The notes under the pieces were generated by a model. The model was not told where the DNA came from. It saw only the letters and a program-made list of their open reading frames with translations, and made no database searches. This document shows positions 19,423 through 30,584 of a stretch of DNA of 64,000 bases, piece by piece. The DNA lies in NCBI GenBank assembly GCA_000004985.1, contig GG738915.1; one strand, given 5' to 3'. The number at the start of each line of letters is the position of its first letter. Positions within the stretch are counted from its first letter, which is position 1. Source of the DNA: Naegleria gruberi. Taxonomy: Eukaryota. The position numbers and the translations under genes were made by a program.

Positions 19423-21988
19423 TTAGAAATAGGCAAAGAAGAATGATATCACAATAATCAGATAGACTACTAACAAGCTGAAACCATGGAAATAATTGGA
19501 TTTACCATCAATGGTAACATAATTAAGAATGATTACAGCAAAGAAAATAGCTACCAAGTCCAATCTTGGGAATGTAAGAGAAAATACCTTTGTAATGTCT
19601 TCTTGGAAAATAATAGTACTGAAAATAACAAGAGCTGGAATTTGGATTAAAGCTGTTTGAATACCAGCAACATTACCAATTTCCAAAGATAATGTAACAT
19701 TATTTTGTAATGCAAACTATAAAATTTGTGGTGAGAATTACAACAGTATTGTTAAATTATACAAACCTTAATAGCACTGACAATTTCTGAAATATTTGGA
19801 ACGAGAGCGAAAATCGTAAGACCAGCAAACTCTAATGGAATACCCAGAGGTTCAAATGCTGGCTCTAGAGATTTTGTCATGGCTTCAGCGACAAAAGCAA
19901 ATGCTATTGTTGCAATGAGAAGAATGAGTACACAAACCCAACGAGGCCATTCAGCAGCACCGTGACCACCTGGAGTCTTTCCTGTACCATCATTATCTTC
20001 TTCATCAACCTTTGGAGCTCTGAGATAATACTTGTTGTGAGTCTTGAGTGAGAAAATCAAACCAACAAGATAGGCAAGTGGTAGAATTGCAGCTGTAGTT
20101 AAGGCTAATGGTTTTGCCTTATGTTGATAAATTGGATCTTTAGTAAAGTCCTTCTCTACATAGATGCAATTTTGACAGGCAAGATGGTATGGAACTGTTG
20201 TACCGTTTCCAGTATTATTTTGACCACCTGGGTAAGGGAGTGAAGCAGTGCCATTTGCAGTGTTATTGAAAAAGATAGCCAAATCTACACAACTGAGACA
20301 GGTTAATTCATAATCTGAATATATGTGTTAATAAAATGTTAAATTACTGGTCAACTTACTGCCATAAATTGTGTAGAATAATGAAGGAACAAAACAACCA
20401 ACGGTAGCGACAAGCAATAAAAGAGATGAGGTACCTGCAGCATGTTTGTTAAAATATTGAACTCTATGTTTGAAACCTCCAAATATCATACTAAGTCCAG
20501 GAATCAACAAAGTATCACCCAAAAATGATCCTGTAACGGCTTGCATGACAATCGCACTCATACCCTTGTAAAGAGTGGCAAAGTAAAGAATAATTTCAAC
20601 AACTGAACCGAAAGAAGCATTAAGGAAAGCACCCACAACATAGTTACTCTGTGCTGAAATAGAACTGACAGCCTTACTAATGTAATAACTCAATGGAATG
20701 ACAGCTAAAATACAAGTAACAAAAATTCCAACACCATATTCCTCAACAAATTCATCACTGAAAGCAAACCCTAAAACAATACTAAGTGGTACGAAAGGAA
20801 GCATGTTGAACAATAAAACATTAGCACCAAACAAGGAATACTTGTAATAGTAAAGATTGAAAGCTTGGTATGTACAGACCATGATATCACTTTCAACATT
20901 TGGTGGAAACTCGTCACTAACATGGAGCTCTAAAAAGCTCTTATATAAAAGCTTTAAACCATGGAACTGGACTTTGGTAGTGGGTATACCAAATACAGTA
21001 AGCCAAGAAAGTACACAGCATACGCAGTGCACAATAAATAAAATTGGAGCAGGGAAAATGCACCAAATCACCATACCAACAATTCTTAAAAACTTTTTAC
21101 CACCTGATTCTCTTGCATTCTCATCATAGTACACTTCTTCTGACTCATTTGGCATCAGTGAACTATTTTCAGAATTAACAGCATGGTTGTGAGGAACAAT
21201 TCGCTCAATATATTTACCAAATGGCCAGAAATAATAAAAAGCCATAGATAAACACTTATTTCCATATGGAATGCAAAATATTGTCAAATAACACAATAAG
21301 GCAACAAAGATATAACTCAAAAATAACCACCATCCCCAAAGTAATGAGTAAACAATATTTCCGAATGAAATCATTCTATTCTTTTCAGGTTTTTTCACTT
21401 GTTCTGGTTTAAGATCACCCACTTGTTCATACAAGGTTTTAACCTTTTCACTTCTTTCATTAATGTCTCTTACAGTTACGTGACCTATTCCGAGTGTCAC
21501 AAATAATAATGAATTTTTAACATACCTGCAAAAGGCATAATACCAAACATGGTATTCATAATGGATTTTTTAACTTCAATTTCATTTTCTCCATCAACAG
21601 TAATATCATCTTCGTTTTCATCTTGATCCTCAAATCTCAAAGAATATCTTTTTCTTCTCTTTAGTGAAGAAGATGAATTCAAAGCATGTTGAAAATCCTC
21701 ATGATATTCACTACTACTGTCCTTTCTATCAAATGATCGAATAATATCCCTCGATGAATCTCCATACGGCCCATAATCACCTTCCGATTCAATAGGTTCT
21801 TCCAAGGGTATATATCCCCGAGTGGTACTATTATTATTATTACTACTATTAACATCGCCTTGTTGTTGATATGAAGAGTGTTGTTGTTGTATGTGGTCAT
21901 CACCTCCATCACCACTAACAATATTCGGATGATTGCCTGCACCACTACTGTTACGTCGCCCTCCAGCACTCTCTTGATTTTGCCGCAT
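19423..21988 (-). CDS. CAX: Ca2+/H+ (cation) exchanger of the CaCA/CAX family, with a long low-complexity cytosolic N-terminus. Four exons: join(21988..21526, 21484..20360, 20314..19767, 19716..19423), minus strand.
   Basis: It contains the alpha-1 repeat 'LNASFGSVVEIILYFATL' (the GNxxE-type motif) and the alpha-2 repeat 'FAGLTIFALVPNISEIVSAIK'. The C-terminus 'YVTIDGKSNYFHGFSLLVVYLIIVISFFF' matches CAX '[29 protein letters not shown]'. The three introns are 41, 45 and 50 nt (GTATGT...AATAG, GTAAGT...TTCAG, GTTTGT...TTATAG) and join four ORFs in phase. The start is the first ATG; the track ORF begins at a TTG. Confidence 0.7.
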
Positions 21989-22362
21989 TTTTTTTGATGA
22001 AGAAATTTGAAAATTCGTAAAGTATCTTCTTTGCTGATGATTCTTGTTCGCTCTTGTTGAATAATCATCAAATAGCAAGTGATAGGATGTGAATTGATGA
22101 ACACGAATTCAAGGTTGGTTTTGGATATGTTGAAGGTTAGAGGAAAATTGCATTTTGTATAGAAGGAGTACAATGTTAATACTCCGAGGGCAGGTAGATT
22201 TTTTGTGTCGAATCGTTTTGGGTATTGTAAGTTCTGTCAGGTAACTTTGCAAATATTTTGTCATACATTTATAATCTTAATGATCACAGTTGAGCTGTTT
22301 TACAATCTTGTTGTAAATTGTAAAGTTTTGGATTTATCAATTCAAATCAGACTGAAAAAAAT

Positions 22363-23528
22363 GGGACAATCACAACCATCGTATCCTGCCTCTACTCCAC
22401 CATGCAATTGTGATGATAAACACAACGTGAGAGAGAGTGTCATTAAAAAGATTGGAAATGTCAGAATGGTTCCGATTGATATTTTCCAAACATTGTTGGA
22501 ACAAGAGGAGAAGAATGATGAGAATTTAATTGATTTATTTAATGAGGAAAATTGTTCGATTTATGAGAAGGAATTACCTCATGAATTATTTATTCATATT
22601 TTAGGATATCTTACAGGGAGTGAAATTGTAAAACTGGGACGAACTTGTAAAAATTTTCAGTTTTATTGGATTAGAAATAGGACCTTGTGGAAAGGGATAT
22701 TGCAAAAGGAAGAACGTGATGATTTTGTTCCTTTCATGTATTTTAGACCAATTTTTGATTCATCAATGATTCAATCTATAATTTATTATCATACATATTT
22801 TATTCCACTTATTAGGAACTCATTCAAACGTAGTGATGAAAAGCAGATAAAAGCTTTTACCAAGACTGTACTGTTAGGACCTGAAGGAAGTGGAAAATCT
22901 GAAATTGTAGCAAGAATTGTCGGTAAAGACTTTGATCCTACTTATACTCCTACAATTGGTATGTTTTTTAATAATATTTTCAGACATTTATAAAGATTTA
23001 TTAGGTGTTGAGTTTGCAATGGTACCATATCAATTAAGCACTGGAATTAATGTTAAAATGCAGTACTGGGATGCTTCAGGCAAACCTACTTTCAACTCAC
23101 TTTCGAGAGCCTACACGAGAGGTGTACATGTAATCGGTTTCTGTTTTGATTTAAACAATGAAGAGTCATTTTCAGAAATGAAGAACAGAGTTGAGATTTA
23201 TAGAAATGAGAATTTTTCAAATTTAAAGTGGAATGCAAACCTGAAGGAGGAAAACGCTCACCTTTTAATTCTCGGAATGAAAAGAGATTTGGAGAGAAAG
23301 GTATCGATACAGCAAGTAAAAGAATACATTTCCGAACTAATTCAAGTAAAAAAGGAAGGAATATTACTGAAAGATTTGAGAATTCAATATTTTGAATTGA
23401 GTAACAAGACAGACACGATAGAAATGATAGAATTTCCGTTTATGTATGGTGTCCTCCAAGTAGAAGATAAGCTGGCAGTCGAAAGTCCACCACAACCTGT
23501 ACATGGTAATCTTCCTGCCAAGAAATAA
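22363..23528 (+). CDS. F-box domain fused to a Ras-superfamily small GTPase. Two exons: join(22363..22958, 22984..23528), with a 25-nt intron.
   Basis: The F-box reads 'LPHELFIHILGYLTGSEIVKLGRTCKNFQFYW'. In exon 1 the G1 P-loop is 'VLLGPEGSGKSEIV' and G2 is 'YTPTIG'. In exon 2 G3 is 'YWDASGKP' and an NKxD-like motif is 'LILGMKRDL'. The exons join across GTATGT(22959)...TTTTCAG(22983). I took the likely start as the ATG at 22363 (MGQSQP..). Confidence 0.55.
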
Positions 23529-23682
23529 CATCATTTCACAATTCCTATCAAACAACGATTTTTTGTAAAGTTTAGCGAAATTGGAACATACAAATCACCG
23601 CCATAAACACTACAAAAAAAAATAGCAAAATCAAGATTTCTGGATTTCTTCGGATTGATTTTGTATGCCAATACTTTGAAAA

Positions 23683-25404
23683 ATGATAACACCAACAATA
23701 TTCAATAGTGATGTGCGGGGGATGGTTGATGATGAAGATGATTGTCAAATGGTGATTTCACCAATGGAAAGATATTCGGATCATTCATTAGTCAATTTAC
23801 CTTCCGAGATTATTCATTTAATTTGTCAATATTTGCAATCACATGATTTGTTTTATTCATTGTTTGCTTTGAGTAGACATTGGTATGAATCATTGGCAAT
23901 GTATCCAACAATATTTCTGAGAAGATGTAAAAATGCAGAAGGTGCCATACAAGTATTGAGAAATAGATTTAAAGACTTGAGATTTCTTAATTTGAGTGGT
24001 TTGCAATTGTATGACGAAAATGGTTGCAAAACTGATTCATCGAATACTATTCTTAAGGTTTTGAGAGATTCAATGAGAGAGGGATGTACTAAATTGAACT
24101 ATTTCAGAATGGCTAATTGCTTAACTAGTCCAAAACAGGTCAAAGTCGATGAACCACAAAAAACTGAGGAGTTAACGCTCGATGAATATGACATGGTTGG
24201 TGATGGTAATAATTGGATTGCAGAGCCAGCTGGCAATGGCTATGGTGAAGAAGTTATCATTGAAGTTTCTCCGAAATTTATAGAAACAGTTGTGTTTGAA
24301 ATGATGGGACAAATTAAGAAAATTCAAGTAGAAGATATTATTGACCCATACGATGCTAATTGTAATGCCCAACCAAAGGAAGTATCGTTCTACATTTCCA
24401 GATGTAAAAATATTAGCACTGAGGCATTTGAATCGTTGGGTCGTAACCCAAGATTTTGTTCTTCAGTTACCAAAATGATGCTTGAATGGGATGTTGGAGT
24501 CAATAGCCAATCTATTTGCGTAATGTCTCAATATTTTACAAATATTACAAGTTTGAGTATCGCCAATTGTGTTAATATCGATTCTGCTGGTTTTGAGGCA
24601 ATAAGCAAAATGACTGGAATACATACTCTAACCCTAGTTGGTACTACAATTAGGGACGCTGATTTATTAACAATCTCTAAACTTCCAAACCTTAAAAGTA
24701 TCGACTTGACAGGATGTAAGAATACTGTCCAATCTGAGGAAACCATTGTGCAATTCTTGACAAACTGTCCTCAAATGGAAGAGCTATTCCTTGTTGATTG
24801 CAACTTGACTGATTGGACCTTGCATATTATTAAGGAAAAGCTCAAGAATTTGAAATTCTTGGACATTTCTTGGAATGTAGATTTCACAGATGAAGGAATG
24901 TTTAATATTCTTGGAGAATTACCAAACCTCGAAAGCTTTAACATTACCACTGGTGCAAAAATTGAATTAGCCATTCTACTAAAGGATGATAACTCGTTAT
25001 TGGCCTCGAGTGAGGATGTTGGAAAGGACCTCTATACCCCTCTCTTACCAAAGCTCACCAAATTGAACTTGAGCATGAGAAACTATCAGTGTAATGAAAG
25101 TATACAAGCTGTTTTAAGAAATACTCCTAATTTAGTATCCCTCCAACTATCTGGTTGTTCTCGCCTTACAGACGATTCCTTCTCTAACATTAATCCAAAA
25201 ATTTATCCTCTTCGTAAATTGAAAGAAGTTCACTTGATGCGTTGCTCTTGGTTGACTGACGAAAGTCTCAACAAGCTCATGCCACTTTGCATTTCAAGCC
25301 TAGAAAATCTATTCCTCCAAAGATCCAAATTCTCTAAACAAAAAATCGATGAATGGAAATATAAACTCGAGAATATCAAGAAAATTGGTTATCCAAAAAG
25401 GTAA
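23683..25404 (+). CDS. F-box/LRR-repeat protein (FBXL/SKP2-like, with cysteine-containing LRRs).
   Basis: The F-box reads 'LPSEIIHLICQYLQSHDLFYSLFALSRHWYE'. It is followed by CC-type LRRs ('LTGCKNT', 'LSGCSRLTDDSFSN', 'HLMRCSWLTDESLNKL'). It is 573 aa. Confidence 0.65.
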   Translation: MITPTIFNSDVRGMVDDEDDCQMVISPMERYSDHSLVNLPSEIIHLICQYLQSHDLFYSLFALSRHWYESLAMYPTIFLRRCKNAEGAIQVLRNRFKDLRFLNLSGLQLYDENGCKTDSSNTILKVLRDSMREGCTKLNYFRMANCLTSPKQVKVDEPQKTEELTLDEYDMVGDGNNWIAEPAGNGYGEEVIIEVSPKFIETVVFEMMGQIKKIQVEDIIDPYDANCNAQPKEVSFYISRCKNISTEAFESLGRNPRFCSSVTKMMLEWDVGVNSQSICVMSQYFTNITSLSIANCVNIDSAGFEAISKMTGIHTLTLVGTTIRDADLLTISKLPNLKSIDLTGCKNTVQSEETIVQFLTNCPQMEELFLVDCNLTDWTLHIIKEKLKNLKFLDISWNVDFTDEGMFNILGELPNLESFNITTGAKIELAILLKDDNSLLASSEDVGKDLYTPLLPKLTKLNLSMRNYQCNESIQAVLRNTPNLVSLQLSGCSRLTDDSFSNINPKIYPLRKLKEVHLMRCSWLTDESLNKLMPLCISSLENLFLQRSKFSKQKIDEWKYKLENIKKIGYPKR

Positions 25405-25439
25405 ATAAAATATTAATAAAAATTTAAAATTAGAAAAAA

Positions 25440-26696
25440 ATGTCTAAACATTCTAGAGGAGGAATCCTTGATGGTCTTACTGATGAAGGATTCGTTGGAG
25501 AACAAGTTGAACATGTAGAGAAGAGGAGTGATGATCGGAGATCTTCATCTATGGTCAACTCGGAAGCAGAACCATCATCATCAAACAATACAGAAAATAC
25601 AAATCAGGAGGATGATGATTCCGGAAGAAAACAAATAGAGTGGATGTACAATAAAGATTATGATAAAGTGAATGAGGAAAGTTTGGAAGAATATTTAGTA
25701 GGAAAAAAGAGCATTGAAAAGTTGGTTCAGGGAGGAGATTTAGTGGATAATGATTATAAAATCATGCTGGAACAAAAGAAGGCTGGTGCATTGTTTTTAC
25801 ATAGCCACGAAAATAGACATCACTCTGGAGAAGCAATAATTGATGATCCGATGATTAAAATCAAACATGAATCACTTATGAGAATGAAAATGTATTTACA
25901 AAATCCAGAATTATTACAAAAAGAACTTGAAAAGAGAAAGAAGGAAAAGAAGGAAAAGAAAAAGAAGGAAAAAAAGGAAAAAAAGGAAAAGAAGAAGGAA
26001 AAGAAAGATAAGAAAGAGAAGAAGGAAAAAAAAGAAAAGAAAAAGGATAAAAAGAGAAAAGATTATTCAAGTGATAGTAGCTATACAAGTTATTCCAGCG
26101 ATGAACCAAAGGAAAAGAAGAAAAAGATAGAACCAAAAACTAAAGCTAGCTCTGAACCAAAAGAAACCCCTAAAACAAATCTATCAAATTCTGAAAAGGA
26201 ACCATCTAGCTCAACACACAAAGATGATAAATATAATAGAAACGATGATAAATATTATAGAGAAAGAGCGTATGACAGAAGAGATGATAGAAGAGACGAC
26301 AGAAGGTTCAATGACGATTATTATAGAGATGATAGAAATTATGATAGAGATTACAATAGAAGGGATTCATATCGTAACGAAAGATCTCGAGACAGATATT
26401 ATGATGACAGGAGGGATAGAAGTTATAATGAAAGAAAGTACAACGATAGAGATTATGAAAAAAGTAGAAAGAATGAAAATGTTTATGCCAAGGATGACTC
26501 ACAAAAGCAACTAGATCAAATGCTCAAAAATGGACAGCAAAGAGAACAGCAAAAACAAGAAAGCAAACTCAAATCACTTCAAGAAAAGGAAGAAATTCTC
26601 AATACTGCACCACAAGCCATCCACAATGAAAAGGCAACCTTTTTACAACAAACCAGAAAAGACACATACATGAATAAATCGTTCAACAAGCGGTAA
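25440..26696 (+). CDS. CWC25: CWC25-like pre-mRNA splicing factor, with highly charged K/E and R/D/Y-rich repeats.
   Basis: 'KQIEWMYNKDYDKVNEESLEEYLVGKKSIEKL' matches CWC25 'KLDWMYQGPGG..DEYLLGRPIDK'. The C-terminal 'TYMNKSFNKR' matches 'ALEKNFMKR'. The central (GAA/AAG)n-encoded KEKK repeats and RDDRRDD/YDR repeats are typical of the family. The N-terminal CIR segment was not found. Confidence 0.5.
   Translation: MSKHSRGGILDGLTDEGFVGEQVEHVEKRSDDRRSSSMVNSEAEPSSSNNTENTNQEDDDSGRKQIEWMYNKDYDKVNEESLEEYLVGKKSIEKLVQGGDLVDNDYKIMLEQKKAGALFLHSHENRHHSGEAIIDDPMIKIKHESLMRMKMYLQNPELLQKELEKRKKEKKEKKKKEKKEKKEKKKEKKDKKEKKEKKEKKKDKKRKDYSSDSSYTSYSSDEPKEKKKKIEPKTKASSEPKETPKTNLSNSEKEPSSSTHKDDKYNRNDDKYYRERAYDRRDDRRDDRRFNDDYYRDDRNYDRDYNRRDSYRNERSRDRYYDDRRDRSYNERKYNDRDYEKSRKNENVYAKDDSQKQLDQMLKNGQQREQQKQESKLKSLQEKEEILNTAPQAIHNEKATFLQQTRKDTYMNKSFNKR
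25925..26060 (+). repeat. Purine-rich (GAA/AAG)n microsatellite inside a coding region.
   Basis: 'aaggaaaagaaggaaaagaaaaagaaggaaaaaaaggaaaaaaagg...'. It encodes the EKKEKK repeats of the CWC25-like protein and produces spurious antisense and alternative-frame ORFs. Confidence 0.9.
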
Positions 26697-28733
26697 TTAT
26701 TCCTGTAAAATCAAATCTGATGCAATTTCTGCAATCATTACAATTGGAGCTTGAGTATTTCCTCTGACAATAGATGGAAATACTGAACCATCTACAACTC
26801 TCAAATTTTCCACACCAAACACTCTCAACTTTTCATCGACTACTCCTAGTTCAGAATTTTCACTCATTCTACAAGTTCCAACAGGGTGATAAATCATATC
26901 TACATGTTTCACTACGTATTCAATAATGTGAGCCCTTTGTTCAGTTTCTGTTGGCGAGCTCTTGATAGTATCCATCAAGGCTTGCACTCTTGGATGAGGT
27001 TTGATAAATATATTTTGCTTCATGAGATGGTCGCCAACTTGAAGCAACACTCTAATAGCCTCAGCCATTGTTTCCTTATCGTGTTTGTGTCCTACAAAGT
27101 TACTGTCAATTATAGGAGCCACAAATGGATTATTTGATTTGAGCTTTAAACCACCTCTAGATTTTGGTTGGAGAAGCAGTGGAATAAATGTAAAACCATG
27201 TTGGTGTAAGTGTAATGTTTCACTGTTTTCCATGACTGTTGGCGTATTGTGAACTTGAATATCGTGGGAGTCACAGTGATGCTTGTTGTAACATTGTTGA
27301 TTTTTAACATCCCATAGTGAAGGAGGATACGAGTTCACTAACTCGTTTTTACAAACCTTTGTTTTGAGTAGACCATTCAAACCAATTCCATTAGTTCCTA
27401 AAACTCCAGATCCTTCAAATAATACTTTGTAAATTTCATTGGGCTTGAATAACACACTCAAAACACTATCATAATCCCAACTGATATAATAAGGAACATG
27501 AATAGCAAGATGATCGTGTAAATGTTTTCCAACATTCTTATTATCAACTATTGTTGTAATATTGTGCTTGGATAATTCTTTTGAATCTCCAATACCAGAA
27601 AGCATCAATAATTGAGGTGAGTTAATAGCACCACCTGAAAGAATAACTTCTTTTCTCACTCTTTTTTCAACGTAGGCCTTTTTTCTCCTATCAAAGTATC
27701 TGACACCAACAGCCTTATTTCCTTCGAATAAAATATTGGTGGCCAAGGCTTCAGTTCTTACAAATAGATTTGGTCTTTTGAGAACTGTATCATTCAGGAA
27801 GGCATCAGCAGTACTGAAACGTCTACCATGCAAACTGTGAATCTGTGTAGTTCCTACAGCACCATATTCTACAAAATCTGATTGACTGTTATCTTTTGAA
27901 TGAGTAATTTTTGGATTATTGAGATCTCTCACGATTGGAATTGAAAGCACTTGACTCATGGCCTTAACTACTGGCTCAATAATTGAGAAAGTTTCTCCTT
28001 GTTCCTTCACAATCCATTCTCCATTTCTTCCATGATACTCATCTGAGAATATTTCTGCTGGACCTTGTTGTGCTTCTGATTTCTTAAAGTACTTGAGAAC
28101 ATGTTCAAAATTCCAAATCTTACTCTTTCCTCCAAATTCACATTCATTCCATGTATCATAATCCTGTGGACTTCCTCTCATATAAATCATTGCATTCATT
28201 GATGAACTACCTCCCAATATCTTTCCTCTTGGCCAAAACATCTTTTTCAATAAATGTTTAGGATTAATCTCTGATTCCTCTCCAATAGTATAATATTGCC
28301 AATCATGAACACTCTTCAACATGAACAAGTATAATGGAGTAAACTTTGCTAGGGGTGTATTATCAGACTTTCCAGCCTCCAACAATAATACTGAATGATT
28401 AACATTTTGACTCAGCCTTTTTTCAAAGAGTTTCAAAAGTTATCATTGATCATCATCAACATATTCATTAATATATTAATATGTATTAATTGATAATAAT
28501 TAAAAAGAAACTATGCAAATAAAAACAAACCTATTGGCCAAGACCGATCCTGCACTTCCACTTCCCACAATTATAAAATCAAACTCTTTGGGATCTTGAT
28601 GATTTTGAAATCTTTCATGTTGTTCCGAGAGACGATCAGGAAACCAAACGTGCGAATAGAGAAAAGTAAAGATTAGAAATAGAGAGAAAAGAAGGAAGAG
28701 TGTTGTCCTGAATAGTGTACCAAGTATGGACAT
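26697..28733 (-). CDS. GMC-family FAD oxidoreductase (choline dehydrogenase/glucose oxidase-like) with an N-terminal signal-anchor. Two exons: join(28733..28531, 28416..26697), minus strand.
   Basis: Exon 1 encodes a TM/signal segment and then the FAD dinucleotide motif 'DFIIVGSGSAGSVLANR'. The GTTTGT donor and the 114-nt intron join in phase to 'LSQNVNHSVLLLEAG'. Exon 2 contains 'GGSSSMNAMIYMRGSPQDYDTW', the GMC signature. Confidence 0.75.
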
Positions 28734-28934
28734 TTTTTTTATTAAATATTTGAAATATTATTTAATATTATTATTATATTTATTAAAACTATTGTAACCA
28801 CTATCAAAGTGTTAATCAATAGGTTGTGGAAATGAATAATTGATTGTGATTTGCCAATTTAGTCCTGTATGGTTAGTGGTAGTTTGAGAGTTTTGATTAT
28901 TACAAAAAACATTTAAATTATTTAAATTGCTTAA

Positions 28935-30422
28935 TTATTTATTGTTAACTTGATGTTTACGACTCATGGATTGATCTTCAAAAAAATTATGCTTGTATTC
29001 GAGTAATTGCAAATTTGGAAAGTTTTGACTTTTTTGAATTATTTCAAAATCAAAAACATTGTCATTACCAGAAATATCCAATTCTGTAATTCTTGTGAAA
29101 TTGGTAGAATTAGCCAAAGTAGAGCAATTATCCTCTTCTAATTGAGTATTACATAAATTTAAGTATGTCAATCTTGTAATAAATTTACTAGTTGCCAAAT
29201 AAGTACAACCTTCAGATCCAATGGGATTTGATTTTAATTGTAATTCTTGTAATTTTGAAAGTGTTGGTGAATTAGTTAAATATTTCAAACATTCTGCTGT
29301 CAATTCACAATAACTCAAAGATAAATCAGTTAAATTTCCAAATACCTTTTCGTTTTCACTTAAAACTTTACAAGATTCTTCATTTAATTTAATATTATCT
29401 AATATTAATCTACATAATTTCAATGAACTTTTAGCTAGAAAATTAATTGAATTAAAGGAGCAAAAAGTTCTTCCTAAATTCAAACTTTGTAAATTTTTAA
29501 AAAGTTCATTATTTTCAGAAATGAATTGACAAACCATGTCAGAACTAGGTGTTCCAAATAAAACTAATTTCTTCAATTTTGGTAAATTCTCTAAAATTTT
29601 AATGAATATAGAATCATTACATTTGCTACAGCCAATATCTAATTCTGTTAATTGATCTAATTTGGCATTTTGTAAAGATAGATCATTAAAAAGAACATAT
29701 TCACCAGCTCTATGAAGATTCAATACCTTTAAATTACTTAATTTATCACCGATATTAATATAGTTCAATCTAATATTATTATTTAAATGTAATTCTGTTA
29801 AATTTGGTAATGGATTTTCTAGATCTAAAGAAACAATTCCACAATCATTAATTTTTAAAACTTTTAAATTCTTTACAATATTAGAAGTAAAAATAGTATC
29901 CAATCCATAATTATTCGACAAATCAAGACTAGTTAATTGATTGTTTAAATTTGGTAACAAAACTTGTTGAATACATTCACTAAACTCATATCTACAACCA
30001 ACACGTAGAGATTCTAAATTTTCCAATAATTCATCATCAATTCTTTCATTTTTAAATGGAATTCCTTCACCTAAACATAAACTTTTTAACTTTCCTGTTT
30101 TGAAATAGTGAATTTTACGTAATTCAGAAATTATCATTTCTCCACCTTTGAATCCACTCAAATTCAATCCAGTTAAATTAAAATTAATACCCATAGTACT
30201 GATTGTTTTAACATTCTTCTTTACATTACTAAATTGTGAATTACTTTTAAATTCAATAGACACTGGAATGGGAAGAGAAAATTCCCTCCACAATTTACAA
30301 ACTTTTAAACAGTTCAAAATAGATTGGCCATCACAATAGTATAAAATATATTTCAACTCATCGTGTGCAAGATCATCAATTGCAACGATTCCGACTTTAT
30401 CATGAGCTGCTTGAGTTGCCAT
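28935..30422 (-). CDS. F-box-like/LRR (RNI-type) repeat protein.
   Basis: The N-terminus 'DDLAHDELKYILYYCDGQSILNCLKVCKLWREF' is F-box-like. It is followed by more than 12 LxxLxLxxN/C LRRs ('LTELHLNNNIRLNYINIG', 'LQELQLKSNPIGSEG'). It is a 495-aa intronless ORF. Confidence 0.55.
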   Translation of the reverse strand: MATQAAHDKVGIVAIDDLAHDELKYILYYCDGQSILNCLKVCKLWREFSLPIPVSIEFKSNSQFSNVKKNVKTISTMGINFNLTGLNLSGFKGGEMIISELRKIHYFKTGKLKSLCLGEGIPFKNERIDDELLENLESLRVGCRYEFSECIQQVLLPNLNNQLTSLDLSNNYGLDTIFTSNIVKNLKVLKINDCGIVSLDLENPLPNLTELHLNNNIRLNYINIGDKLSNLKVLNLHRAGEYVLFNDLSLQNAKLDQLTELDIGCSKCNDSIFIKILENLPKLKKLVLFGTPSSDMVCQFISENNELFKNLQSLNLGRTFCSFNSINFLAKSSLKLCRLILDNIKLNEESCKVLSENEKVFGNLTDLSLSYCELTAECLKYLTNSPTLSKLQELQLKSNPIGSEGCTYLATSKFITRLTYLNLCNTQLEEDNCSTLANSTNFTRITELDISGNDNVFDFEIIQKSQNFPNLQLLEYKHNFFEDQSMSRKHQVNNK

Positions 30423-30584
30423 TTTTTTTGATTACAGAAAAAGTTATAATAACTCATTCAACTGGTAGGTACCAATTAGAAGGTTACACTACAATCTAAT
30501 CGCTTTGACACATATATGGAACAAACCGTAGTGTGAGCTCAAAATCGAGGTGTATGTTTGGGTGGCAAACGAACTAACTCCAGT

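Noticed and set aside
8147-22173. Numerous small ORFs overlapping larger genes on the opposite strand or in another frame, for example 8147..8395, 12142..12567, 17696..18017, 21679..22173, 33099..33521 and 35609..35935.
   Set aside because: They lie entirely within stronger gene models and their translations are low-complexity or hydrophobic noise. They are typical spurious ORFs in AT-rich sequence.
22205-22362. The upstream part of ORF 22205.. ('MSNRFGYCKFCQVT...') as the N-terminus of the F-box-GTPase gene.
   Set aside because: It is hydrophobic and low-complexity and has no start context. The ATG at 22363 sits in an A-rich context (aaaaaaATGG) and immediately precedes the conserved region. 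The stretch is probably 5' UTR.
25876-26514. Antisense and alternative-frame ORFs over the CWC25-like gene: 25876..26136 minus, 25927..26130 plus (poly-KR), 26224..26514 plus, 26308..26502 minus.
   Set aside because: They are artefacts of the (GAA)n and RDD-repeat microsatellites. They are low-complexity translations overlapping a well-supported gene.
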